64,000 nt of DNA from Heteronotia binoei (taxonomy: Eukaryota), in the NCBI RefSeq assembly GCF_032191835.1, contig NC_083237.1:42036001-42100000 (forward strand). Direction: 5' to 3'. Of this stretch, positions 36,066 to 47,555 are shown piece by piece. The first letter of the stretch is position 1. The number at the start of each line of letters is the position of its first letter. Position numbers and translations under genes: made by a program. The notes below the pieces were generated by a model. That model was not told where the DNA came from. It ran no database searches and saw only the letters and a program-made list of their open reading frames with translations.

Positions 36066-37004
36066 CTAACCTAGCTGTGTCTTGTGTTTGCTCAGAGTTC
36101 TCCTCCAGGCCATCTTTACTTCTTTGTTTCTCAGGCTGTATATAAGAGGGTTAATGAGGGGTGTTAGGACTGTGTAGAAAACAGAGAATACTTTGTTCAG
36201 TTCTTTCAGCATTTCTGTTTTGGGTAGGACATAGACAATAATGATTGTCCCATAGAAAACTGAAACAACCACAAGGTGAGAAGAGCAAGTAGAGAAGGCC
36301 TTTTTCCTTCCAGTCTTTGAAGGGATTTTCAGAATGGTCATAATGATGCAAACATATGATGCTATGGTGAACATGAATGCTGGGAAAGTGCAGACAGATG
36401 CCAGAACTGTTAATGCGAGCTGTGCCTTGTATGTGTCAGTACAGGAAAGCTGTATGATTGGTGTGTAATCACAAAAGAAATGCTCTATTTCATTATGGCC
36501 ACAGAAAGTTAACTGAAACACAAAGACTATCAGTACTGTGTTTTCCACAAAGCCCCAAAACCAAGAGGCAGCCACCAGGAAGAGACAAACCTTGTTATTC
36601 ATAATAGTCATGTAATGCAGGGGTTTGCATATTGCAACATAGCGATCATAAGACATTGCTGAAAAGAGATAGCATTCTGTTGCTGCCAAAGACCCAAAGA
36701 CCCAAAATTGTGTAATGCAGGCATGAACAGGAACGGCTCTGTTCCCAGTCACGAAACTAGCCAGCATTCTTGGCCATATGGTGGAAGTGTAGCAGACCTC
36801 TAAGAAAGAAAGATTCCCCAGAAAGAAGTACATGGAGGTGTGAAGGTGTGGATCAGTCACAACAAGGAGGATTATGAGGATGTTCCCAGATATGGTCATG
36901 ACATAAATGATGAAGAACAGGAAGAAGAGCAGAATCTGCAGAAATTCCTGGAGATCTCCAAATCCCAGAAGGATGAATTCTCTTGTGATGGTTTGATTTT
37001 CCAT
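36066..37004 (-). CDS. Olfactory receptor (family 11/6-like), 312 aa, intact
   Basis: SMYFFL, MSYDRYVAIC, KAFSTCSSHL, PLINPLIYSLRN; start at MENQT with an acceptor (tttgactctag) about 26 nt upstream. Confidence 0.96.
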   Translation of the reverse strand: MENQTITREFILLGFGDLQEFLQILLFFLFFIIYVMTISGNILIILLVVTDPHLHTSMYFFLGNLSFLEVCYTSTIWPRMLASFVTGNRAVPVHACITQFWVFGSLAATECYLFSAMSYDRYVAICKPLHYMTIMNNKVCLFLVAASWFWGFVENTVLIVFVFQLTFCGHNEIEHFFCDYTPIIQLSCTDTYKAQLALTVLASVCTFPAFMFTIASYVCIIMTILKIPSKTGRKKAFSTCSSHLVVVSVFYGTIIIVYVLPKTEMLKELNKVFSVFYTVLTPLINPLIYSLRNKEVKMAWRRTLSKHKTQLG

Positions 37005-37912
37005 TGTAGTTCTTTCACATATTTTGCTTTCTAGAGTCAAAGATAATAAAAATCAGCCTTTATTTTAAGTTGATTGAAAACAAATACCATCAGAGAAAGA
37101 CGATGGAAGGAAGTCATAGGATCCAACCCATACAGCAAAGCCATATGTAACTGCAAATCACTGGTGTGTATGTGTAATGTGCTTTGAATCTTGGAATGAA
37201 GTCTTCATAATAAAACACACTGAATGAAGCTGCAGTACTTGCTTAAATATGGTCTGGGGAGGAGACCACAGAAGTGAGGCTGCATGTGTGAATGGAGGTG
37301 AGAGATATATGATACATGAAAAATGCAGGGATTTGGTGGTGGTGGTGGTGGTGTCTTCCCCATTCAAACCCAACCCTCGGAGCCCCACACTATTTCCATA
37401 GCAATTGGCATGTGATACCATTTAGATTCATGACCAGCTTTAAATACATTTTAAACCTCTGTGAAAAGGAGATAAACATGTCAGGCAAATTGGCATTTTT
37501 AATCCCATTCAGGAAAGGAGACTCTTCAATATGGAGAATGGCAAAAATGTTAATGGTAGGAAAATTATGCTCACCTGAAATTTTAAAAGCAGGGAAAGCC
37601 TAGAAGTTGTTTCCTTAATAAGAAAGTATCTATTTAACAAATCAGTTATCTTTTTTATATCATTTTGAATCCCAGTTGCGGCTGCAAGTTTTCATTGCCT
37701 CCCATTATTTAATGCCTTCTTCTTCTTCTTAATATATGCCCCAATTGGATTGCTTAAAGAAAGGAAATAAACAGTCATTTTCTAATTAACCTCATGAGAC
37801 AGTGTTTGCACTCCTGTTCCCAAAAGATCTTTCTAATTTTTTGAGACATATATTTCCCAATATAACTATTTGTTAAGAAGGATAGGCGAATTATTAATGG
37901 CAGCCAGGGTTG

Positions 37913-39388
37913 ATAAGAGAAGCCATGTTGGATCAGGCCAACGGCCCATCAAGTCCAACACTCTGTGTCACACAGTGGCAAAAAATTTTATATACACACA
38001 TACACTGTGGCTAATAGCCACTGATGGACCTGTGCTCCATATATTTATCTAAACCCTTCTTGAAGGTGGCTATACTTGTGGCCGCCACCACCTCCTGTGG
38101 CAGTGAATTCCACATGTTAATCACCCTTTGGGTGAAGAAGTACTTCCTTTTATCCGTTTTAACCTTTCTGCTCAGCAATTTCATCGAATGCCCACGAGTT
38201 CTTGTATTGTGAGAAAGGGAGAAAAGTACTTCTTTCTCTACTTTCTCCATCCCATGCATTATCTTATAAACCTCTATCATGTCACCCCACAGTCGACGTT
38301 TCTCCAAGCTAAAGAGTCCCAAGCGTTTCAACCTTTCTTCATAGGGAAAGTGCTCCAGCCCTTTAATCATTCTAGTTGCCCTTCTCTGGACTTTCTCCAA
38401 TGCTATAATATCCTTTTTGAGGTGCGACGACCAGAACTGCACACAGTACTCCAAATGAGACCGCACCATTGATTTATACAGGGGCATTATGATACTGGCT
38501 GATTTGTTTCCATTTCCCTTCCTAATAATTCCCAGCATGGCGTTGGCCTTTTTTATTGCAGACGCACACTGTCTTGACATTTTCAGTGAGTTATCTACCA
38601 CGACCCCAAGATCTCTCTCTTGGTCAGTCTCTGCCAGTTCACACCCCATCAACTTGTATTTGTAGCTGGGATTCTTGGCCCCAATGTGCATTACTTTGCA
38701 CTTGGCCACATTGAACCGCATCTGCCACGTTGACGCCCACTCACCCAGCCTCAACAGATCTCTTTGGAGTTCCTCACAATCCTCTCTGGTTCTCACCACC
38801 CTGAACAATTTAGTGTCATCCGCAAACTTGGCCACTTCACTGCTCACTCCCAACTCTAAATCATTTATGAACAAGTTAAAGAGCATGGGACCCAGTACCG
38901 AGCCCTGCGGCACCCCACTGCTTACCATCCTCCACTGCGAAGACTGCCCATTTATACTGACTCTCTGCTTCCTATTACTCAGCCAGTTTTTGATCCACAA
39001 GAGGACCTGTCCTTTTACTCCATGACTCTCAAGTTTTCTAAGGAGCCTTTGATGAGGAACTTTATCAAAAGCTTTCTGGAAGTCAAGGTAAACAACATCT
39101 ATCGGGTCGCCTTTGTCCACATGTTTGTTCACCCCCTCAAAGAAATGTAACAGGTTAGTGAGGCAAGATCTTCCCTTGCAGAACCCATGCTGAGTCTTCC
39201 TCAATAACCCGTGTTCATCAATGTGCCTACTCATTCTGTCCTTGATAATGGTTTCTACCAACTTTCCCGGTATTGAAGTCAGACTGACTGGCCTGTAATT
39301 TCCCGGATCTCCTCTGGAACCCTTTTTAAAGATGGGGGTGACATTTGCTACCTTCCAGTCCTCAGGAACGGAGGCAGATTTCAATGAA
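37913..39388 (-). mobile_element. CR1 LINE, 5'-truncated, RT frame open
   Basis: YLDFQKAFDKV, GVPQGSVLGP, FADDTKL; 3' UTR ends ...gatccaacatggcttctctta. Confidence 0.97.
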
Positions 39389-41221
39389 TGATGGCGAGGG
39401 GGGGGGGGCAAGGGATAATCCAAAATCACTTCCTTGGTAATCTAGTGAACTAGAAGGCATGCTGTTGCATCCATGCAACATAAGTGACACATCCAGGGAT
39501 GTTGGAGTTTGACCCTGGTTCCAACCTGAGCCTGATGCAAACCTATCCAAATAATCACTGTCAGAAACTAATCCTTCTCACGGCCAACTTTAGTGAACAC
39601 TATCTCCTTATACACACAAAGCTCCACAAAAGTGTGCTGTAGGATCCCTAGACTGATAGCATAAATATTCAACAGATGTAGAGAATATATTTACTGAAGA
39701 CCAGATATGTGTAAGGGTAATGTGACCACATAGCAAGAGGATTTAAATCCACTGGGAAAGGGTAGTATGACTTTTGACTTTCCAAGGTATACTATGTAAT
39801 ATTAAATTAATCCACATAGTTTGTGTAAAGAAATTCATTTTTATCTCCCTGGGAGGTTGGCACTGAGCAAAAGCCTCCACTATGTATTTTAAAAGGGTTT
39901 TTCCCCCCTTTGGGCAGAGAACAGGCATGGGGAGGCAAGTCTGTGCAAGGGCTTTCCAGAGCTCCCTCAGGTCACCTTCATATAAATGCTAATAGATCTT
40001 ACAAGAGAGATAATGAGTGGGTCCAGATTTCTCCTTTGCTCCTAGCAGGGAACAGAAGTTTGGAGGACTTTAGGCTGGCAAGGCTCCAGGTATAATCTCC
40101 TGGAAGAAGATGTAGGAAATGCTTCCTTTACCTGGCCTGGCCAGGTCATCAGGTGGTGAAACTTATATGATGTTTATAAAATCCTTTCAACAGGAAGGAG
40201 GTCTCTTTTTTTCTTGGGTGCTGTGTCCAAAAGCACACACAGACCTATTCCTCCCTCCCTTGGGGTAAGATTATGAAAAAAAAAATGTCTTCTGCATCAA
40301 GACAGCGCTTGCTATCTTCCCCAAGATAAGCAAAGGGTTAAAATGAGAAAATCTGAGTTCCTAGATAAATATTTTCCTGTGCTTCTCCCTCTCCCCTCCC
40401 CCATACTGAGAGGATGAATTAGAGAGGAAGCCACTGAGGCTTGGGGTGCACTGCTCTAAGCTCTTTGTAGAGACATAATATTAGGTAAAAATGCGAGAAA
40501 TTGAATTGGGCAAATGCATGATCACATAGAACCAGTTATCATCTTATTCATACTGACAGCAATTCATGTGATTTGTTTTATATAATGTTTGTGTCATATC
40601 TGGGTTATATGAGGGGTGTCTCTGAGGGAATCTTACATCTATGGTGATTCTTAGCTGTGCTCTCTACAGGCCCTTCCAAGATCCCATGCTTCCGAGGATA
40701 TTTTACACATGTCCAGGTATTTAAAATGAAGTTCCCAAGACTGTGCTTCAGGTGTTACAAGGTTCCAGGTTGTTAATAAAGATAGCTGGCATTGACATTT
40801 TGCAAAGGATATAACAATATGCCCCTATGTTCTCCCATGTATTCCTGCTATAAAGTTATTTGAAATATTTATTTACATAGAGCATATATATTGATTCTTA
40901 GAAAGACAAATGTAAGAGCATTTACAAAGTTATGAGTTTATATACAACAGCTCAGCACATAGATGTGATCTCAGCTGTATGGTATATTGTTTATTTAGAT
41001 TTGTATACATTGCTGAGTAGATACCCAAACCACTTCATAGCATTTTTCTCTCCTCCTCTGTTTTATCCTCACAATAACATCCATGTACAGAGAGACAGTT
41101 TTGGCCCAAAGTCACCCAGTGAGCTTCTGTGGCAGACTGGGAATATGAACCTAGGTCTCCCAGACCGAAGTCTGACACTGCTGCACAGTGGTTATTTTAC
41201 CTTTACACTGATACTTTACCT

Positions 41222-41409
41222 CATGGGGTTTTTGGGGGGGTAGCAGGAACTCCTTTACATATGAGGCCACACACCCCTGATCTAGCCAATACTACAAGAG
41301 CTTACAGGGCTTTTCTTACAGAGCCTACTGTAAGTTCTTGGATGATTAGCTACATCAGGGATGTCTGGCCTAATATGCAAAGGAGTTCCTGCTAGAAAAA
41401 AAAGCCATG
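41222..41409. mobile_element. hAT-type MITE (CAGGGCTTTTT family)
   Basis: Palindromic body (gcaggaactccttt...aaaggagttcctgc); flanks ctttacct / ctctatct (6 of 8 match). Confidence 0.8.
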
Positions 41410-41416
41410 CTCTATC

Positions 41417-41845
41417 TCATTGTAGGTTAATATTGTGTCTGCAGAAAACTCTTCTCCAGGCTTCCTTCACCTTTTTGTTCCTCAGGCTGTATATAGGAGG
41501 GTTAACGAGAGGTATCAGGACTGTGTAGAAAACAGAGAAGACTTTATTCATCTCTTTTAGCATTTCAGTGTTGGGTAGCACATAGACAATAATTATCGTT
41601 CCATAGAATACTGAGACAACCACAAGGTGAGAGAAGCAGGTGGAGAATGCCTTTTTCTGTCCACTGGTTGAAGGAATTCACAAGATGGTGTTAATGATGT
41701 AAATGTAAGAGATGATGGTCAGTACAAATGTGGGAAATGTGAAAACGGATGCCAGGATGGTTAACACAAGCTCTGCTTTATGGGTATCAGTGCAGGAAAG
41801 TTGAATTATAGGGATGAAATCACAAAAGAAATGATCAATTTCATG
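41417..41845 (-). pseudogene. OR pseudogene, 3' half only (paralog of the 36066 gene)
   Basis: EIDHFFCDF through YSLRN; in-frame TGA at 41678-41680; TM1-TM4 absent. Confidence 0.92.
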
Positions 41846-42011
41846 TATATACAACAGAATCATGATGTGAAAATTAATCTCACTTTCATCACTGCTCAAG
41901 AGTTTTTTCATGTTTGGGTGAAAAAAAAAAAGCCTTGGGAAATGAATTTCACCAGAAACAATAATGGAACAAAAGGCAGAGATGTATAGCCCTCAGGATC
42001 AAGCACTCTAG

Positions 42012-42298
42012 GGGCATTTTCGCACAGAGCTTACCCCGGAGCGACGTCCCTCTTCACAGCGCAGCGTCTGCGCGGATTTCACACCAATTGCTCTGCAGAA
42101 CCAGGAAGAGCCGCGAAGAGCCGCGGCTTTTGCGTCGCTAACGTAAACTGGTTTTCAGCGGTTTACATTTGCGACGCAAAAGGCTCAGCACTTCGCAGCT
42201 CTTCCTGGTTCTGCGGAGCAGTTGGTGCGAAATCTGCGCAGACGCTGCACGGTGAAGAGGGACGTCGCTCCGGGGGTAAGCTCTGTGCGAAAACGCCC
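42012..42298. mobile_element. Fold-back MITE, 287 bp, PIF/Harbinger-like
   Basis: Near-complete palindrome GGGCATTTTCGCACAG...CTGTGCGAAAACGCCC; 3-bp TSD TAG. Confidence 0.88.
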
Positions 42299-42527
42299 TA
42301 GAACTCCTTTCACCTCCCTGAAAAACTGGAGCCTTTGATAAAACTTGAATACTTCTATCTTGTTGTAGATAAGTGGTATTTCACTTGGAATGTGAAATTG
42401 CATCTATGTTCTAGGGTTTTCTAGGTTTTTTTTTAAAGTAGTAAAGTATTCAAAGACCCGTTCCATATATGGGAACCAACCAGCTCTTCTGCTGATAAAA
42501 TAAGGAAGAAGGGACTATGACAACCAA

Positions 42528-42725
42528 CAAGCACAGCTGATTTATGGTGACCCCATAGTGTTTTCAAGGCAAGAGAGGGGCAGAGGTTGTTTGACATTGC
42601 TTGCATCTGTGTAGCAATAGTGGACTACCTTGGTGATCTCCCATCCAAGTACCAACCAGGTCTAGGCCTCCTTGGCTTTTGAGTTCTGATGAGATCAAGC
42701 TAGCCTTGGCCATCCAGATTAGGCC
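42528..42725 (-). mobile_element. 5S rRNA-derived SINE
   Basis: Minus strand gatctcatcagaactcaaaagccaagg...cctggttggtacttggatgggagatcacc aligns with the 5S internal control region and is followed by a non-5S body. Confidence 0.8.
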
Positions 42726-42863
42726 AATGAACCACAAAGAAGTAACATATTACCAGTTCCATCCATGTGATCCTTTTCCATTTAGTGGTATTGGAAGAAG
42801 TGTGAAGAAATGTATACTGTTTGGATTCCCATACTCAGCCTAAAAAAATCCATCATTGTCAGG

Positions 42864-42936
42864 ATTTATTTCCAGTTGCAAAAATACCCTTAAATAGTAT
42901 TTATTTCCAGTTGCAAAAATACCCTTAAATAGTATT
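42864..42936. repeat. Perfect 35-bp tandem duplication
   Basis: atttatttccagttgcaaaaatacccttaaatagt x2. Confidence 0.97.
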
Positions 42937-43181
42937 CAGGTGCGAAATGAATGAGAAGTTTGGGATTCTTGTTATTGAACCTGTGATGAGAAATAATGCA
43001 AGATACAAATATAATAAAATATGAAATAAAGAAAATCAAGACAGATTAAATACAAATATTTTAGCTATTTGCAAATTTTTAAATTAATATTAAATGCAAC
43101 ATTTATTTGTTTTAACTACTTATACGCCTTTCTTATCTTAAAAATGTAACTGTTTCTTTAGCCTTCCAAATTCAATGTAAG

Positions 43182-43312
43182 CAGGGCTCTTTTTTTTGGT
43201 AGCAGGAGCTCCCTTGCATATTAGGCCACATACCCCTGATGTAGCCAATTTTCCTGGCGCTTACAGTAGGCCCTGTAAGAAGAGCCTTGTAAGCTCTTGG
43301 AAAAAAGCCCTG
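43182..43312. mobile_element. hAT-type MITE (CAGGGCTTTTT family), internally deleted
   Basis: TIRs cagggctcttt / aaaaaagccctg; perfect 8-bp TSD AATGTAAG. Confidence 0.92.
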
Positions 43313-43341
43313 AATGTAAGCTTCTTTTTTTAATCTTATGG

Positions 43342-44304
43342 TCAATTAACTCTTAGTCTTATGTAATTTGTACATTTTCTGGTAGTTCTCTTAAAGGCCT
43401 CCTTTACCTCTTTGTTTCTCAGGCTGTATATGAGGGGGTTGATCAGAGGAGTCAGGATAGTGTAAAAGACAGAGAAGATTTTGTTCATCTGCCTCAATTC
43501 CTTGGTGTCTGGCAACATATACACAATGATGAGGGTACCATAGAAAATGATCACCACAGTGAGGTGAGAAGAGCAAGTCGAGAATGCCTTTTGCCTGCCT
43601 GTGGTAGATGGGATTCCCAGAATGGCAGAAATGATATATACATATGATGTTATAGTTAAGACAAATGGGGGCAAGGTGCAGAGAGCGGACAGGGTAGCTG
43701 ATAAAATTTGTACCTGATGTGAGTCATTGCAGGTCAGCTTCATCATTGGAGTGAAATCACAAAAGAAATGCTCAATCACATTGTCACCACAGAATGTTAA
43801 CTGCAGTATGAATATTAATAAGATGGTATTTGCCGCAAAGCTGCTAATCCAAGATCCGGCCACAAGTTGCAGACAAACCTTGACGTTCATTAGAGCTGAA
43901 TAATGCAGGGGTCTACAAATTGCTACATAGCGATCATAAGACATAGCAGCCAAGAGGTAGCATTCTGCTGCTGCCAAGAAACCAAAAGCCCAAAACTGCA
44001 CAATGCAACCAGAAACAGGAACACTTTGATTTTCAGTTAAGAAACTTGCCAGCATCCTGGGGAGGATGGTTGAAGAGTAACAAGTCTCCAAACAGGACAG
44101 ATTGCCCAGGAAGAAGTACATGGGAGTGTGAAGGTTTTCAACAGTTACAACTAGCACAAGAATGAGAAGATTCCCAGCCATGGTCATTAGATAAATCACT
44201 AAAAACACCACAAAGAGAAGGATATGCATCTCTTGAAGTTCTCCAAATCCAAGAAGAATGAATTCTGTGAAGACAGTTTCATTTCTCTGCCCTAGTTTTT
44301 GCAT
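43342..44304 (-). CDS. Olfactory receptor (family 11/6-like), 320 aa, intact
   Basis: PMYFFL, MSYDRYVAIC, KAFSTCSSHL, PLINPLIYSLRN; start at MQKLGQRNET with an acceptor (tttccaccag) 8 nt upstream. Confidence 0.96.
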   Translation of the reverse strand: MQKLGQRNETVFTEFILLGFGELQEMHILLFVVFLVIYLMTMAGNLLILVLVVTVENLHTPMYFFLGNLSCLETCYSSTILPRMLASFLTENQSVPVSGCIVQFWAFGFLAAAECYLLAAMSYDRYVAICRPLHYSALMNVKVCLQLVAGSWISSFAANTILLIFILQLTFCGDNVIEHFFCDFTPMMKLTCNDSHQVQILSATLSALCTLPPFVLTITSYVYIISAILGIPSTTGRQKAFSTCSSHLTVVIIFYGTLIIVYMLPDTKELRQMNKIFSVFYTILTPLINPLIYSLRNKEVKEAFKRTTRKCTNYIRLRVN

Positions 44305-44439
44305 GGTTGAACCTGGTGGAAAAATCCAAAACAAGCAGTCAATATTAATATTTACATCTCGCTCCATTGGCCAATCTATAGACATTTTCCAAATTGTGCT
44401 GGTCACTGTGTATAAGCTCACTGGTACTTTGGATCCAGC

Positions 44440-44603
44440 CAGGGTTTGTTTTCTTCTGGAGCCAACAACAGCAGAGCTCTCCCTGGGCTGGCCAGGGCTC
44501 TGGCTGGCCTGACCCGCCATGTGGCAACTGGCTGCTCTCAGGCAGGTGGTGTGTCCTAATATGCAAATGAGCTCCTGCGGGCTTTTTCTACAAAAAAGCA
44601 CTG
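44440..44603. mobile_element. hAT-type MITE (CAGGGCTTTTT family variant)
   Basis: cagggtttgtttt ... aaaaaagcactg; flanks gatccagc / gatacagc (7 of 8 match). Confidence 0.8.
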
Positions 44604-46904
44604 GATACAGCCAATGTTTCCCACACTGTCTCACTTAATTCTTTTCCTTACTGCAGGCTACAGCTTGCATGGCTTTTGTCCATGCAAGCCCCACAATCTG
44701 CAGCACAGCCTTTTTGGGTGGTCAAATAAACTCCCCCTTCCAGAAGAAAAGTTGGTTGACCAAATAATTGAATTAAAGTGATTTGATCAAGCTTCATTCT
44801 GTACTGAATTATGCTCTCATCTACAACACATTCAAATTTTAACTGAATTCTGGTAAAAAAAACATAAGTAATGTTACCAAAAGAGTATACATAGTCTTCT
44901 GACCAAAGATCCCATTTTTATCTCCATGTCATTAAACAACTTAAATCTCTTGGTTCCCCCCACCCCAAAAATGTTGTGCTAAAGTGCAACCTATCTTTTC
45001 CACACAAAAAAGTATTAACGCAAATTGTGAACCTGGCCACTTGAAAAGGGCCCAAGATCAGAAAAAAGTGTTGGATCCATCTAGCTATTTTGCTCAATCT
45101 TACTCAATTCTGTTCCTTCCTTTAGCCTTCATCCCACATGGCCTTTGTCTATGAAATTTCAATAACCCCAGGATAGCCTTGTCTGGTGGTCAAAGGAGAC
45201 CTCCTCCCCACTTTTCACTGACAGAAAAAAAAATGCTTGGATCCAATTCAAAATATAATGATATAAGTAGAAACTTCTTGATGCATTCTTTAGAAATTTA
45301 GAAATCAGTACAAGCCAAGCAGCCTAAGGATAAGAAGGTTTGTTTTGGAACAATGCAAAGGATATCTGATCAAATGAAGCTACTTTGTACTGAATCAGGC
45401 CATTGCTCAATGGAGTGTACCTTAGTTGACCCAATATGCATGTGGGAGCATGGTTGATACTGAGCACATGGATGACATTATCGATGTCTGCATGGTAGAG
45501 CACTGAAAGCTTTAAATAATCTGGTTTGTACTACCCGGCAGTATTGTGTTATAAACATAAAATGGTATTATCCAAATGATGGCAATTTAGAAAGCAATGT
45601 GATATTCATAGCAACTTGGTGGCATCGTTTAGGCAGGTGAGTGACAGAATGGTGGTTCTAGATCACTCATGGTTGAGTGTGATTATTAAGATTAACAAGC
45701 ACTTTTTCCAAGAATTTCATCACTGCAGTGACTATCCCCTCTCCTTCCACGATTAATCATTTTGCATCCATAAAGGTCTAAGATCTTCAGGGTAAACTGA
45801 AAATATTTACATTCTTTCACTTCTAGCTGCTTGCAGAATCATAAGCAACTCTCTGTGCACAACTTCTGGATCTTACATAAACCTGTATGCAGTGACAGGA
45901 TATCTCAGTTCTAGCCTACAGCAGTCTTTCATTTTTATTATGACCTGGCCCAGTCAAATATGGCACTTTAAGCATAGTGTGGACACCATTTCTGATTGAG
46001 CACATATGTCTGTGTGAAATGAATTCTGCAATGGCAGGATGTGTTCTCTTTGCAGACCATCCTCCAAATCAAATTGTCTAGTTTATAAAGTTGTTGCTCT
46101 GCTTGTTATGCAAAGGCAATATTTGCAACTCATTAAAACAAAGTCTGAATCCAAATACTAGAGGCTAGGAGTTAGACTGTGCAACTCATTGAATTGGATC
46201 CTACTAGGTATTCCACTTGGTCTCACTTGGTTCCCCTCCTCACTACAGCCCCTATCGTATGTGGCTTTTGCCCATGCGGGTCCCACAATTCCTGGTACAG
46301 CATTATTTGTGGCCAGAACGGGGCTCTATCTTCTCTTTCACAACCAGAAAAACTAACAGGATCCAATCTGTGCTTTTCAGACTTTTATAAAGAAGATCCC
46401 ATTCATGAAAGAGGCATGGTAAACACTGAGCAAATGTAACAGAATAGTAAAGGAAATGTTGCTCACCTGAAATGAGAGCACAGAAAAGATGGAAGGATGC
46501 TAGCTATTTGTTTCTTTATTCAGAAGATGCATCTTTAAAATGGAGGATGTTGATTTGATTAGATTTGATAGCTGCTATTTGTAATATTTCTCACTGTGCC
46601 CTAAGAACCTTCTTTAAGAAAGAAACAAATCTTCACATTCTAATGAGCCTGCTGGGACTGTGTTTGTGCACCTATTCCTCAAAAGGTTTTTTTTTTTAAA
46701 TCTCTTTGACAAATAGGAGTTAGAAAAAGGCATATGACTTGGAAGTCAAGTCAAGGGAGTTCAAGGCAGGGACTGTAGTTATTGCCAGCTGCCCACTCCG
46801 AGTGCCAAGTCCAATGGCAGGGACCCTATGGGATAGTATAACAAGTGGGGCCATTAGATTATGACATGTGCTGGTGGGAAACACGAGAAGGTACACAGGT
46901 AGTA

Positions 46905-47180
46905 AAATGGTAAAGATAGTCCCCTGTGCAAGCACCAGTCATTTTCGACTCTAGGGTGACACAACGTTTTAATGGCAGACTTTTTATGGGGTGGTTTGCC
47001 ATTGCCTTCTCCAGTCATCTAAACTCTCCCCCCAGCAATCTGGGTACTCATTTTACCAACCTCGGAAAGGATGGAAGGCTGAGTCAACCTCGAGTCAGCT
47101 ACCTGAACCAACTTTCGCTGGGATCGTAAGGTTCTGAGCAGAGGGCTCCGACTCCAGTACTTTACCACTCTGTGCCATGG
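46905..47180 (-). mobile_element. Sauria SINE
   Basis: Minus strand gttgactcagccttccatcctttccgaggttggtaaaatgagtacccag plus an RTE/Bov-B-like ggcaatggcaaaccac tail. Confidence 0.82.
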
Positions 47181-47289
47181 TAGTACCACATCCCTAATTT
47201 CCATTTGCTCTAGAAACACCCTCACTAGAAAAAAAAATAATGTGGCCAATTATTGACCAGGACAAAATAGTTAAGAAAAAAGTTGCAGA

Positions 47290-47555
47290 GTGATTCCAGA
47301 TCTTCCTGGATAAGCCATCTCCCCTAGACTCCTTTGGTTTGAATGGAGACAGCACTGGGGACCCTAGTGGATGACTTCTGTCTAAATGAAGACAAAGGCA
47401 ATGCCTCTTGGCTACTCTTACTAGACTTATCAGCAGCCTTTGATACAGTGGACCATGCTATCCTAGTGAAATCCTTGAGGCAGAAGTAGGGTTTAAGAGA
47501 TGTGTTTTGGATTGTTTCAAATCATTCCTGAGGGGCAGGACTCAGAAGGTCGCTG
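47290..47555 (+). mobile_element. Old L2-like LINE RT fragment
   Basis: Translates to LLLLDLSAAFDTVDH. Confidence 0.8.

Noticed and set aside
39845-39858. O/E (EBF)-like site TCCCTGGGAG and similar sites as OR promoter elements
   Set aside because: Short degenerate motifs expected by chance; no TSS information.
42600-42725. 5S rRNA gene
   Set aside because: Partial, diverged and fused to a SINE body; the same holds for the tRNA-like SINE heads.
44305-44634. 110-aa N-terminal extension of the OR (430-aa ORF)
   Set aside because: It starts with TTG inside a hAT MITE and crosses a good splice acceptor 8 nt before the canonical ATG, so it is intronic open frame.
45300-46130. Possible decayed coding relic on the minus strand
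   Set aside because: Many stops and no motif I could assign; needs a translated search.
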